This document shows positions 44,836-53,178 of a DNA stretch of 64,000 bases, one piece after another; within the stretch, counting starts at the first letter, position 1; each line of letters begins with the position of its first letter. This DNA is from an uncultured Gemmatimonadaceae bacterium (lineage in GTDB: Bacteria > Gemmatimonadota > Gemmatimonadetes > Gemmatimonadales > Gemmatimonadaceae): contig CAWGJO010000039.1 in the NCBI GenBank assembly GCA_963822945.1, positions 1 to 64,000 of the forward strand, read 5' to 3'. A program made the translations under genes and the position numbers. Below the pieces are notes generated by a model. That model made no database searches. It worked only from the letters and a program-made list of their open reading frames with translations, and was not told the origin of the DNA.

Positions 44836-46908
44836 TCAGTGAATCAGCAGCGCGCCCCACTGCGGAACCTTCCACGGATTGCCGCGCGTTGCCAGTGGCC
44901 CCGTGCCCGGAAGGAAGAATTCCGTGTAGATGCTGTCCAGCGGCGTCATGAACGTGGCGGGCTGCCCGGTGGCCCGATCGTATTCGCCGGAGACCAGATC
45001 GGACGCCGGCGGGAAGTTGCCGGCACTGCGACCGGAATAGTAGTCGCTGATCATCTCGCCCCACACCGGAGCGGCCAGGGATCCGCCGGCCACGCCCAGC
45101 GCGATCGGTTGCGGGTGGTCGAACCCCAGCCAGACGCCGGCCACGAGGTGGGGCGTCATGCCCACGAACCAGACGTCGACGTTGTCGTTGGTCGTCCCGG
45201 TCTTGCCGGCGATCGGGATGCCGTCGGGCACCATGCGCCGGGCCACGCGTCCCGTCCCGCGGTCGGTCACGTCCTTCATCATGTCGCGCACGATGTATGC
45301 GACCGCCGGGTCGAGCACCCGTTTCGGCGTGCTGTCGGGCGCCGTGTACACGGTGCGTCCGTAGCGATCGTCGATGCGCGTGATGAGTCTCGGCGTGACC
45401 GCCAGCCCGTTGTTGGCGAAGGCCGCGTAGGCGGTGACGAAATCCAGCGGTTTCACCACCGACGCCCCGATCGCGCTCGACGGCACGAGGTCGATGGGTG
45501 TCTCGATGCCCATGCGATGCGCGAGCGCCGCCACCGAGTCCATGCCGACCATCTGGCCGAGCTGGATGGCCACGGCGTTCCGCGAGTGGATGAGCCCTTC
45601 GCGAATCGTCATCGGTCCCAGGAACCGCCCGTCGTCGTCGCGCGGCTCGTACACATCTCCGTTCGGCAAGACGATCGACAGCGCGGTGTCGGGAACGATC
45701 GTGTTGGCGGCGATGCTGTCCTGCAGCGCCTTGGCGTACACGAACGGCTTGAACGCCGAGCCGGGCTGGCGAGCGGCGTTCACGGCGCGGTCGAAGGGGG
45801 ACGCGTCGTAATCGCGGCCGCCCACCAGCGCCCGCACGTCGCCGGTGTATGGATCGATGGCAACGACCATCCCCTGCAGGTAGTCGGTGCGCGTCGGGTG
45901 TGCCGGATCGAACTTCGGATGGCGGTAGCCGGGGCGCGCCTCGACCTTGGCGATCCCGTCCACCAGCGCCTGCTCGGCGTCGTGCTGCAGCAGCGGATCG
46001 TCGGTGGTGTAGATCCGGAATCCCCCGCTCTTCAGCGGCACGCCGGCCGCGTCGGCGGCCTGCGTCACCGCGTCCACGAAATACGGCGCATGCACGGCGA
46101 AGCCCGCGTTGGGCGCGGTGATCAGCGGCTGGGCGCGGGCCTGGTCGGCCTGGCGCCGGGTGATGTAGCCCTGGTCGGCCATGAGGCCGAGGATCAGGTC
46201 GCGCCGCTCCTTGTTGCGGTCGGGGTGGCGCACCGGATCGTAGCCGGCCGGCGACTTGGGCAGCGCGGCGAGCGACGCCGCTTCGGTGACCGTGAGCTGG
46301 GAGGCGTGCTTCCCGAAGTAGTGGCGGGCGGCCTCCTCGATGCCGCACCACCGGTGCCCGAAGTTGATCGTATTGAGGAAGGCCTCGAGGATCTGGGCCT
46401 TGTTGTAGTGCTTCTCCATCTCCCGCGCCGCCGCCTGCTCGTGCAGTTTGCGCGAGATGCTGCGGTCGCGGCGATTGATCAGATCGGGATGGAGGTTGCC
46501 GACCACGAGCTGGGTAATGGTGCTCGCGCCACGCACGTCGCCGGTGACGGCATCCTTGAGCGCGCCGGCAATGCCGACGAGATCCACACCGTCGTGCTCG
46601 TAGAAGCGCTTGTCCTCGACCGCGATGAATGCCTCGGGGACGTACTTGGGGAGCGTGGCGAGCGAGATGCTCGTCCGCCAATCGAGGCCGATCTCGCCGA
46701 TGAGGGAGCCGTCGCTCGCGTACACCTGCGACGACTGCGGCAGCGGCACGATCTGCCACGCCTCGGTGGGCGTGGAGCCCAGATGGGGCGCGCACGCGAT
46801 CTCCTGCGGCTGCTGCGCCGCGAGGCTCGAGGCCGCCATCCACATTCCGCCGGCCAGAGCCAGCACCAGACCGGCCCGTTTCCCGGTACGAATTCCCGAA
46901 TTCACCAT
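44836..46908 (-). CDS. Class A penicillin-binding protein (PBP1A family)
   Basis: Transglycosylase EDKRFYEH.G, GASTITQ, RKLHE; transpeptidase SAFK, SRN, KTG. Confidence 0.93.
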   Translation of the reverse strand: MVNSGIRTGKRAGLVLALAGGMWMAASSLAAQQPQEIACAPHLGSTPTEAWQIVPLPQSSQVYASDGSLIGEIGLDWRTSISLATLPKYVPEAFIAVEDKRFYEHDGVDLVGIAGALKDAVTGDVRGASTITQLVVGNLHPDLINRRDRSISRKLHEQAAAREMEKHYNKAQILEAFLNTINFGHRWCGIEEAARHYFGKHASQLTVTEAASLAALPKSPAGYDPVRHPDRNKERRDLILGLMADQGYITRRQADQARAQPLITAPNAGFAVHAPYFVDAVTQAADAAGVPLKSGGFRIYTTDDPLLQHDAEQALVDGIAKVEARPGYRHPKFDPAHPTRTDYLQGMVVAIDPYTGDVRALVGGRDYDASPFDRAVNAARQPGSAFKPFVYAKALQDSIAANTIVPDTALSIVLPNGDVYEPRDDDGRFLGPMTIREGLIHSRNAVAIQLGQMVGMDSVAALAHRMGIETPIDLVPSSAIGASVVKPLDFVTAYAAFANNGLAVTPRLITRIDDRYGRTVYTAPDSTPKRVLDPAVAYIVRDMMKDVTDRGTGRVARRMVPDGIPIAGKTGTTNDNVDVWFVGMTPHLVAGVWLGFDHPQPIALGVAGGSLAAPVWGEMISDYYSGRSAGNFPPASDLVSGEYDRATGQPATFMTPLDSIYTEFFLPGTGPLATRGNPWKVPQWGALLIH

Positions 46909-46983
46909 GCTCTCCACATAAAGTACCCAATCGGGGGCCCACGGTTGCCCGGCGACCGGCGCCCCGCGATGCTTATACCCGAT

Positions 46984-48822
46984 ATGACGGCATCCGTGCA
47001 TCTGGCCATCGCCCAGTTCCACCCCCGCAAGGGGGACTACGCCGGAAACCTCGCCCGGCTCGGCCCACTGCTCGCCCAGGTCGACGCGCAGCAGCCGCGC
47101 CCGCACGTGCTCGCCTTCCCCGAGTCGGCCCTCACCGGCTACTTCCTGGAGGGAGGCGTTCGCGAGCACGCCGTGACGGCCGGCACGCTGGCCGCCGACC
47201 TGCAGGCGGTGTACCGCGAGGCCGTGCCCGGCGACAGCACGCTGGACGTGGTGATCGGCTTCTACGAGTCGTGGAACGGGAAGTTGTACAACAGCGGCCT
47301 GTACGTCACGCTCGGCGGGGCCGAGCCGGTGATCCGGCACGTGCATCGGAAGATGTTTCTGCCCACGTACGGGCTGTTCGACGAGGAGCGGTTCGTGGAG
47401 CGCGGCCGAGAGATTCGCGCCTTCGACACCGCGTGGGGGCGCGCGGCGATTCTCATCTGCGAAGACGCCTGGCACAGCATGACGGCAACGGTCGCCGCGC
47501 TCGATGGCGCGCAGGTGCTGTTCATTCCCACCGCGCCGCCGGCCCGCGGTCCGTGGCGGGACGCCGATTCTCCGGGCATGCCGTCGAGCGTGAGCCGGTG
47601 GGAACGGCTGGCCCGCGATATGGCCGACGAACACGGCGTGTTCGTCGTCCTCGCCAACCTGGCCGGGAGCGAGGGCGGCCGCACCTTCCCGGGCGCCGCC
47701 ATGGTGGCCGGCCCCAAGGGCGAAGTGCGCACCCGCGGCCCGCTGTGGACGGAGGCGCTCATCGTCCATACGCTCGACTTCGAGGACGTCGCGCGGGCCC
47801 GGGCCGACCAGCCGCTACTGGCCGACCTCGAGGTGATGGCGCCGCATCTGCGGGCAGCCATGGAACGCGTGGAGCGCCATCAGCCGCCGGTATTGACCTT
47901 CGATCCGCCGACGCGCCGCGCCACTCCCATGACCGCCGGCGCCGGTGCGCCGGGACTCGCCGGAGCGGGCGCGCTGCCGGTGGTCAACGGCGATCGCACC
48001 GACAAGCCGCCGGTGCCGCTCGAGATCGACCCGGCGCTCACCGAACAGTGGCTCGTGGAGTTCCTGCGCGACGAGATTCGCCAGCGGGGATACGGCAAGG
48101 CGATCGTCGGCGTCTCGGGCGGCGTGGACTCGGCCGTCACGGCGTTCCTGGCCGCGCGCGCGCTGGGCCCCGAGAACGTGATCGGCGTGCGCATGCCGTA
48201 TCGGACGTCGAGCGCCGAGAGCAGCGCCCACGGCCAACTCGTGATCGACGCACTCGGCATCGAGGGCCGCACGGTGGACATCAGCGCCGGCGTGGACGGC
48301 TACCTCCAGACCGCCCCCGATGCCGACGCCACCCGCCGCGGCAACGTCATGGCCCGGATGCGCATGATCGTGCTGTTCGATCTCTCGGCAAAGCACGGCG
48401 CCATCCCGCTCGGCACGGGGAACAAGACGGAGCGGATGTTCGGCTACTTCACCTGGCATGCCGACGATGCGCCGCCGGTGAACCCGCTGGGCGACCTGTT
48501 CAAGACGCAGGTGTGGGCGCTGGCCCGGCACCTCGGCGTGCCCGAGGCCATCGTCAGCAAGCCGCCCACGGCGGATCTCGTCGTGGGGCAGACCGACGAG
48601 GGCGACTTCGGGATCAGCTATGCCAAGGCCGACCAGATCCTGAACTGGCTGCTCTCCGGCTACACGGAGTCGGACCTCGTGCAGCGGGGCCTGGACCCCG
48701 CCGAGATCGCGCTCGTGCAGAAGCGCGTGGCGCGGACGCACTGGAAGCGCAAGCTGCCCACGGTCGCGATGGTGAGCCCGACCGCGATCGGGGAGAGCTA
48801 TCTGCGACCGGTGGACTACTGA
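46984..48822 (+). CDS. nadE: Glutamine-dependent NAD+ synthetase
   Basis: Nitrilase-type domain (FPE, HRK..LP.Y..FDE.R, ICED) fused to SGGVDS synthetase with GN..AR.RM and K.PTADL. Confidence 0.95.
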   Translation: MTASVHLAIAQFHPRKGDYAGNLARLGPLLAQVDAQQPRPHVLAFPESALTGYFLEGGVREHAVTAGTLAADLQAVYREAVPGDSTLDVVIGFYESWNGKLYNSGLYVTLGGAEPVIRHVHRKMFLPTYGLFDEERFVERGREIRAFDTAWGRAAILICEDAWHSMTATVAALDGAQVLFIPTAPPARGPWRDADSPGMPSSVSRWERLARDMADEHGVFVVLANLAGSEGGRTFPGAAMVAGPKGEVRTRGPLWTEALIVHTLDFEDVARARADQPLLADLEVMAPHLRAAMERVERHQPPVLTFDPPTRRATPMTAGAGAPGLAGAGALPVVNGDRTDKPPVPLEIDPALTEQWLVEFLRDEIRQRGYGKAIVGVSGGVDSAVTAFLAARALGPENVIGVRMPYRTSSAESSAHGQLVIDALGIEGRTVDISAGVDGYLQTAPDADATRRGNVMARMRMIVLFDLSAKHGAIPLGTGNKTERMFGYFTWHADDAPPVNPLGDLFKTQVWALARHLGVPEAIVSKPPTADLVVGQTDEGDFGISYAKADQILNWLLSGYTESDLVQRGLDPAEIALVQKRVARTHWKRKLPTVAMVSPTAIGESYLRPVDY

Positions 48823-48845
48823 AGCCGCGGAACGACGAGTTCAGG

Positions 48846-48887
48846 GTCGGCGGTCCACGGTGGACCGTCGACTGTGCACGCTCGACT
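48846..48887. repeat. Heptamer-periodic tract forming a hairpin between convergent nadE and HNH genes
   Basis: gtcggcg gtccacg gtggacc gtcgact gtgcacg ctcgact; 48846-48872 is near-palindromic. Confidence 0.6.
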
Positions 48888-48903
48888 TCAGGTCACGCTG
48901 GTC

Positions 48904-49308
48904 TCACGCCGCTTCCGCATACGCCAGACTCACCGCCCGCCGCGCACAACGCTTGAGCGCCCGATGGACGGCGCGCGCGTAGTGAATGAAGTTCAGGCCC
49001 GCCCAGGGAAAGCGGGCGAAGAACTCACTCGGCAGCAGATCGGCCTTCAGACGATTGCAGCGGCAACAGGCCAGGACGAGGTTGCCGGGATTGTGGGTGC
49101 CACCTTTGGCGAGCGGAAAGACGTGGTCCAGCGTGGCGGTCTCGAAGTCGAGACACGCCCCGCAGTACACGCAGCGGCGGCCGCAGTCGCGCATGGCCGC
49201 GCGCTTGAGCGCACGCTTCTGGTTGGCGGGGTGGGTCCGGCGGGCACGGCGCGGTGCCCGTGGGACGCGAGGGAGGGTGACGTGGTGATAGTGCCGACGG
49301 CCGGACAT
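48904..49308 (-). CDS. Small zinc-binding HNH endonuclease (134 aa) with Arg-rich termini
   Basis: GAGGTG RBS before ATG 49308; CVYCG...TLDHVFP...GG.....NLVLACCRCNRLK. Confidence 0.9.
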   Translation of the reverse strand: MSGRRHYHHVTLPRVPRAPRRARRTHPANQKRALKRAAMRDCGRRCVYCGACLDFETATLDHVFPLAKGGTHNPGNLVLACCRCNRLKADLLPSEFFARFPWAGLNFIHYARAVHRALKRCARRAVSLAYAEAA

Positions 49309-49320
49309 TTCACCTCGCGG

Positions 49321-49368
49321 AAAAAGGAGACACCCCGCGACGGGACAGGAGTCCCATTGCGGGGTGTC
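49321..49368 (-). terminator. Intrinsic terminator or attenuator just upstream of the HNH RBS
   Basis: GACACCCCGCAAUGGGAC-UCCU-GUCCCGUCGCGGGGUGUC-UCCUUUUU; 17 of 18 positions pair. Confidence 0.8.
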
Positions 49369-49515
49369 GCACCGGCTCTCGGTAGCCGGGTTCGGAAGAC
49401 GAAGCACGTGCGCCGCTCGCGCGGGCGCATCGGACAGGCAATTCGTCGCTGTCGGAGCGGTGCGTGCATTCGCCTCCGGTTGGCGAGAGACGGGCGCCGT
49501 GCCCGCCTGGCCCAT
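49321..49515 (-). ncRNA. Putative structured leader or ncRNA upstream of the HNH gene (family unassigned)
   Basis: Five further hairpins (49489-49507, 49470-49486, 49433-49453, 49409-49429, 49372-49389) precede the terminator; an AT-rich promoter-like patch lies at about 49512-49550. Confidence 0.5.
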
Positions 49516-49606
49516 AAATGTGAGGTCGCGCCCGATCGCGCAAGACTTTTCTGCGTCGATCTCGCCACCGGACGGGTCACGGGCCGGTCACGGCGGCGGC
49601 CGGTGC

Positions 49607-49843
49607 TCAGCCGGCGCCTCCTGGCAACCGGCCGTCGGTGATCCGCAGCACGGCGCCGTGCGCATCTACCACGTCGGCTGCGGCGGGCGCGCGCTTCCGG
49701 AGTTCGGCGCTCGATCCGACCGCCACCACGCAATCGTCAGCCAGCGCGACCGCGTCGGCCCACGGACGCCGCGGGTCGCCCGTCTGGACGCGGGCGTTGA
49801 CGATGACGCGGGTGATCTCGGTGCGGTGGGGAGTATCGGGCAT
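49607..49843 (-). CDS. Stand-alone fragment resembling the N-terminal beta-sandwich of YtcJ-like amidohydrolases
   Basis: IVNARVQTGDPRRPWADAVAL....VVAVGS..EL......VVDAHGAVL, then stops before the expected PG..D.H.H motif. Confidence 0.6.
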   Translation of the reverse strand: MPDTPHRTEITRVIVNARVQTGDPRRPWADAVALADDCVVAVGSSAELRKRAPAAADVVDAHGAVLRITDGRLPGGAG

Positions 49844-49919
49844 CGGCGGCGGAACACGCAAAGCGCTTCAATAGGCGCACGTTAGCTTACAGGAATTCCG
49901 AACACCAGCCACCGTCCCC

Positions 49920-50867
49920 ATGCACTCCATCGCGACCAACATCTGGTTCTGGGTAGGGTTCATCGCGTTCGTGCTCGCGATGTTGGCGCTCGACCTGGGC
50001 GTCTTCCATCGCGAAGCACACGAAGTGCGTCCGCGCGAAGCGGCGATGTGGACGCTGGCCTGGGTGTCGTTGGCCATGGTGTTCGCCGGCGTGCTCCACG
50101 TGTTCGAGCCGCGGGGGACGGCCATCACCTTCCTCACCGGCTATCTGCTCGAGGAGTCGCTGAGCGCCGACAACATCTTCGTCATCGCGCTCATCTTCGC
50201 GTACTTCGGGGTGCCCAAGCGGTCGCACCACCGCGTGCTGTTCTACGGCATCCTGGGGGCGTTGGTGCTTCGCGGCGCGTTCATCGGCCTTGGCGCCCTG
50301 CTGCTCGCGCGCTTCCACTGGGTGCTCTACGTGTTCGGCGTGCTCCTGGTGGTCACCGGCACGCGCATGGCGTTCCACGACGAGATGGCCGAGTTCGACG
50401 GCGAGAAGCACCGCGTGGTACGGTTGGTCCGGCGCTTCGTCCCGATGAGCCCGCACTACGACGGCACGCGCTTCTTCACCTGGGACGGGGCGCGCCGGTT
50501 GGCCACGCCGCTCCTGCTGGTGCTGGTGCTCGTCGAGGTCACCGACCTCGCGTTCGCCATCGATTCCATTCCGGCGATCTTCGGCGTGACCCGCGATCCG
50601 TTCCTGGTGTTCACGTCGAACATCTTCGCCGTGCTCGGACTACGCTCGCTGTTCTTCCTGCTGGTGAGCGTGATCGACCGGTTCTACCTGCTGAAGTACG
50701 GGCTCTCGGTGATCCTGACCTTCATCGGGGTCAAGATGCTCGTCGATCACTGGATCCAACTGCCGATCTCGGTGTCGTTGACGGTGATCGTGGCCGTCCT
50801 GGCCGCCGCGGTGGGCGCGTCGCTGCTCTTTCCGAAGCGGGCCCACGCGACCGGGGAGCATCAGTAG
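49920..50867 (+). CDS. TerC/Alx family membrane protein
   Basis: LALDLGVF, YLLE.SLS.DNIFV, RVLFYGILGALVLR, E.TDL.FA.DSIPAI, SNIFA.LGLR. Confidence 0.93.
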   Translation: MHSIATNIWFWVGFIAFVLAMLALDLGVFHREAHEVRPREAAMWTLAWVSLAMVFAGVLHVFEPRGTAITFLTGYLLEESLSADNIFVIALIFAYFGVPKRSHHRVLFYGILGALVLRGAFIGLGALLLARFHWVLYVFGVLLVVTGTRMAFHDEMAEFDGEKHRVVRLVRRFVPMSPHYDGTRFFTWDGARRLATPLLLVLVLVEVTDLAFAIDSIPAIFGVTRDPFLVFTSNIFAVLGLRSLFFLLVSVIDRFYLLKYGLSVILTFIGVKMLVDHWIQLPISVSLTVIVAVLAAAVGASLLFPKRAHATGEHQ

Positions 50868-50928
50868 GGCGCCGGCCGTCGGGGGCCGGCAGTGCGCCGC
50901 CGCCCTCGCGCCGCCGGCCGCCGTGCCG

Positions 50929-51108
50929 CTACCGCCGCTCCATCGCGTCGCGAATGTCGAGCAGGATCTCCAGATAGAGCTGCTCGCGGCGGTACGCGAA
51001 GTCGAGGGTCGTCATCTGCGTCGGGTCGTCGGACGCTTTGGCGCGCTCGAACGCCTCACGGTACATGTCGTCCAGGTTGTTCAGAATGCGGTCGCGGGAG
51101 CGGGACAT
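50929..51108 (-). CDS. Small helical hypothetical protein
   Basis: MSRSRDRILNNLDDMYREAF...LEILLDIRD; start could be further upstream (51249). Confidence 0.65.
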   Translation of the reverse strand: MSRSRDRILNNLDDMYREAFERAKASDDPTQMTTLDFAYRREQLYLEILLDIRDAMERR

Positions 51109-51334
51109 ACGGATCTTCTCGAGGGCGCTGAGGGTCAGTCGGGGAAAGTCGTTGACGGGGTCGGCCCGGTGGGCATCACCGCGCGTGGCGAGCAGCCGCT
51201 TGGCGGCGCTTACCATCATGCGGCGGGATTGCAGCGGTTCGTCGGACATCGGTACCGGGCCGGATACGGGCTGGGGCGCAACTTAGCCGTCCGCCGACGG
51301 GGGAGCAATCGCCGGGCGAGCCGGCGTCACCCGT

Positions 51335-51604
51335 TCACCGTAGCTGTTTTTCCCGCATCAACTGCGCGATCAGGCGGTCGTCGCGCGCCGTCGGTTCCAG
51401 AACGGAGAGCACTTCGGCCTCGGAGGCTCCCTCGCAGTGCACCAATGCCGGCGAGGTACCCCCCTCCCGTTCGCGGGGAGTGCCGGCCCGGCGATCCACC
51501 TCGAGCACGGCGGTGACGGGCGCCGTGCCGGCGTCGCTGGTACGCCGGATGCGCACGGCGGGTCCGTGGGAGAGAAAACGCTGATACAGGATCTCGTCGG
51601 CCAT
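51335..51604 (-). CDS. Hypothetical protein (89 aa)
   Basis: MADEILYQRFLSHGP... at the 3' end of ORF 51335..51958, after an AT-rich upstream patch. Confidence 0.6.
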   Translation of the reverse strand: MADEILYQRFLSHGPAVRIRRTSDAGTAPVTAVLEVDRRAGTPREREGGTSPALVHCEGASEAEVLSVLEPTARDDRLIAQLMREKQLR

Positions 51605-51672
51605 CGCAAAGAAAAAGATAAGGTGGGCGAAAGAAGGTGCGCCGGACGACTGTCCGCCGCAAGCGTTGCCGC

Positions 51673-52020
51673 TCAGCCCGGTGCCAGGCGATGGAAGACC
51701 GCCTCGTCCACCACGCGACCGTCGCGCAGATGTTCGACGACGATCCGTTCGAGCAGCGCCGGCGTCACCGCGGCGTACCAGATACCCTCCGGATACACCA
51801 CCACGATCGGCCCCGTGGTGCAGACGCCGAGACAGGGCGTCTCGCCGCGCTTCACGCGCCGCGGACCGTAGAGCAGCCCCTCGCGCTCGAGCAGCGCGGG
51901 CAGCCGCCGGTAGAGGTCTCGCCCCGCATGGTCGGGAGAACAGAACCCTCCCGTGCACACCAGAATGTGCCGGGCGTACGGTTCCATCAGTTCGGACAGC
52001 CGGGCCATGGGAAGGGTCAT
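51673..52020 (-). CDS. Thioredoxin-like [2Fe-2S] ferredoxin
   Basis: HILVCTGGFC ... CLGVC..GP.VVVYPEGIWY..VTP. Confidence 0.9.
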   Translation of the reverse strand: MTLPMARLSELMEPYARHILVCTGGFCSPDHAGRDLYRRLPALLEREGLLYGPRRVKRGETPCLGVCTTGPIVVVYPEGIWYAAVTPALLERIVVEHLRDGRVVDEAVFHRLAPG

Positions 52021-52092
52021 CGGAGTCCTCAAGATAGCGGGCCCGGTGAACGGGGCGGTGGCCGCGTCCTCCGGGTGGGCTAAGTTACCGGC

Positions 52093-52425
52093 ATGGCCAC
52101 CCCTGAGCAGTTCGCCGCGCTCGACATGCGGGTGGGAACGGTACTGCAGGCCGAGCCGTTCCCCGAAGCCCGGAAGCCGGCCATCAAGCTGACGATCGAT
52201 TTCGGCCCCGAACTGGGTGTGCGCCGGTCGAGCGCACAGCTCACCGTGCACTACACGCCGGAGTCGCTGGTCGGCCGCCAGGTGGTGGCCGCCGTCAACC
52301 TCGGAACGCGCCGCATCGCCGGGTTCGAGAGCCAGGTCCTGGTGCTCGGCGCGATGCCCGGCCCCACCGAGGTCGTGCTGCTCTCCCTCGACCACCCGGT
52401 GCCCGACGGCACCCGCATCGCCTAG
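52093..52425 (+). CDS. csaA: CsaA-like tRNA-binding / export chaperone
   Basis: DMRVG.V..AE.FP.ARKPA.KL.IDFG...G...SSAQ.T..Y, VN...R.IAGF.S..LVLG. Confidence 0.9.
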   Translation: MATPEQFAALDMRVGTVLQAEPFPEARKPAIKLTIDFGPELGVRRSSAQLTVHYTPESLVGRQVVAAVNLGTRRIAGFESQVLVLGAMPGPTEVVLLSLDHPVPDGTRIA

Positions 52426-52433
52426 GACGGCCC

Positions 52434-52898
52434 ATGACCGATTCCCCTCCCGCCAAGCCCGTCAGCATGATTCGCGCCATCTGGCAGGGCGAGCACCGCT
52501 TCGACACCGGCCGAGTGGGCCAGCCGACGGCGCGCTTAGACGGCAGCGCGGCCACCGGGCAGAGCCCGACCGATGCCCTGCTGAGCGCCCTCGCGACGTG
52601 CAGCGCGATCGACGTCGTGGACATCCTCGCCAAGCGGCGAACGCCGGTCTCGGCGCTGGAAGTCGAGGTGGTCGGGGAGCGGAACGCCACGCCGCCGCGG
52701 CGCTTTCTGGCCATCGACCTGACCTTCCACGTCACCGGGGCCGACATCGAGCGGGCACACGCGGAGCGCGCGGTCTCGCTGTCGCTGGAGCGCTACTGCT
52801 CGGTGGCGTCGTCGCTGGCGCCGGACATCGTGATTCAGACGGTGGTCGCGCTCAACGGCGAGCGGGGCGAGCGCGTGCAGCAGATCGTGGGTCGCTGA
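52434..52898 (+). CDS. OsmC/YhfA family protein
   Basis: SP...LL.ALA.C...DV..IL.K and YCSV..SL two-Cys pattern. Confidence 0.9.
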   Translation: MTDSPPAKPVSMIRAIWQGEHRFDTGRVGQPTARLDGSAATGQSPTDALLSALATCSAIDVVDILAKRRTPVSALEVEVVGERNATPPRRFLAIDLTFHVTGADIERAHAERAVSLSLERYCSVASSLAPDIVIQTVVALNGERGERVQQIVGR

Positions 52899-52911
52899 CC
52901 CGGCGCGCCAG

Positions 52912-53178
52912 CTAGCGCGCGAACCCTTCCTGGCGCAGGGAGCCAAGCACCTTGTCGCGCAGTTCGGGCGAGGCGCCCGGGCGCATCCGCAGGGTTCCCA
53001 CCGCTTCGAGGAAATTCTGCTGGAAGGTCGTGTACTGGAAGCACCCCTGGCACTCTTCCAGGTGCGCCCGGAGGCGCTCCGTGGTCTCGTCGGTGAGCTG
53101 CTCGTCGAGATAGTCCCAAACGTGTTTGAGGACTTCGAGACATTCCGGCGGCAGCGGTGGGATTCTGGAGCCGCTCAT
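52912..53178 (-). CDS. Zinc-binding (zf-HC2/ZAS) anti-sigma factor, RsrA/RshA-like
   Basis: C..V...WDYLD.......HLEECQGC; no TM segment; overlaps the sigma stop. Confidence 0.9.
   Translation of the reverse strand: MSGSRIPPLPPECLEVLKHVWDYLDEQLTDETTERLRAHLEECQGCFQYTTFQQNFLEAVGTLRMRPGASPELRDKVLGSLRQEGFAR

Noticed and set aside
44839..46983. 1327-aa ORF suggesting a giant NadE
   Set aside because: The N-terminal ~715 aa are the antisense shadow of the PBP gene. NadE starts at 46984.
49433..49507. Guanidine-II (mini-ykkC) riboswitch, suggested by ACGG/ACGA near hairpin loops
   Set aside because: The loops are not clean ACGR tetraloops, the hairpins are too far apart, and the downstream gene is not a guanidine exporter.
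48904..49515. IscB/IsrB/TnpB or Cas9-like assignment for the HNH locus
   Set aside because: The protein is only 134 aa, with no PLMP or RuvC motifs and no transposase or element ends visible.
49844..49919. yybP-ykoY (Mn2+) riboswitch expected upstream of TerC/Alx
   Set aside because: The intergenic gap is only ~75 bp and I see no matching structure.
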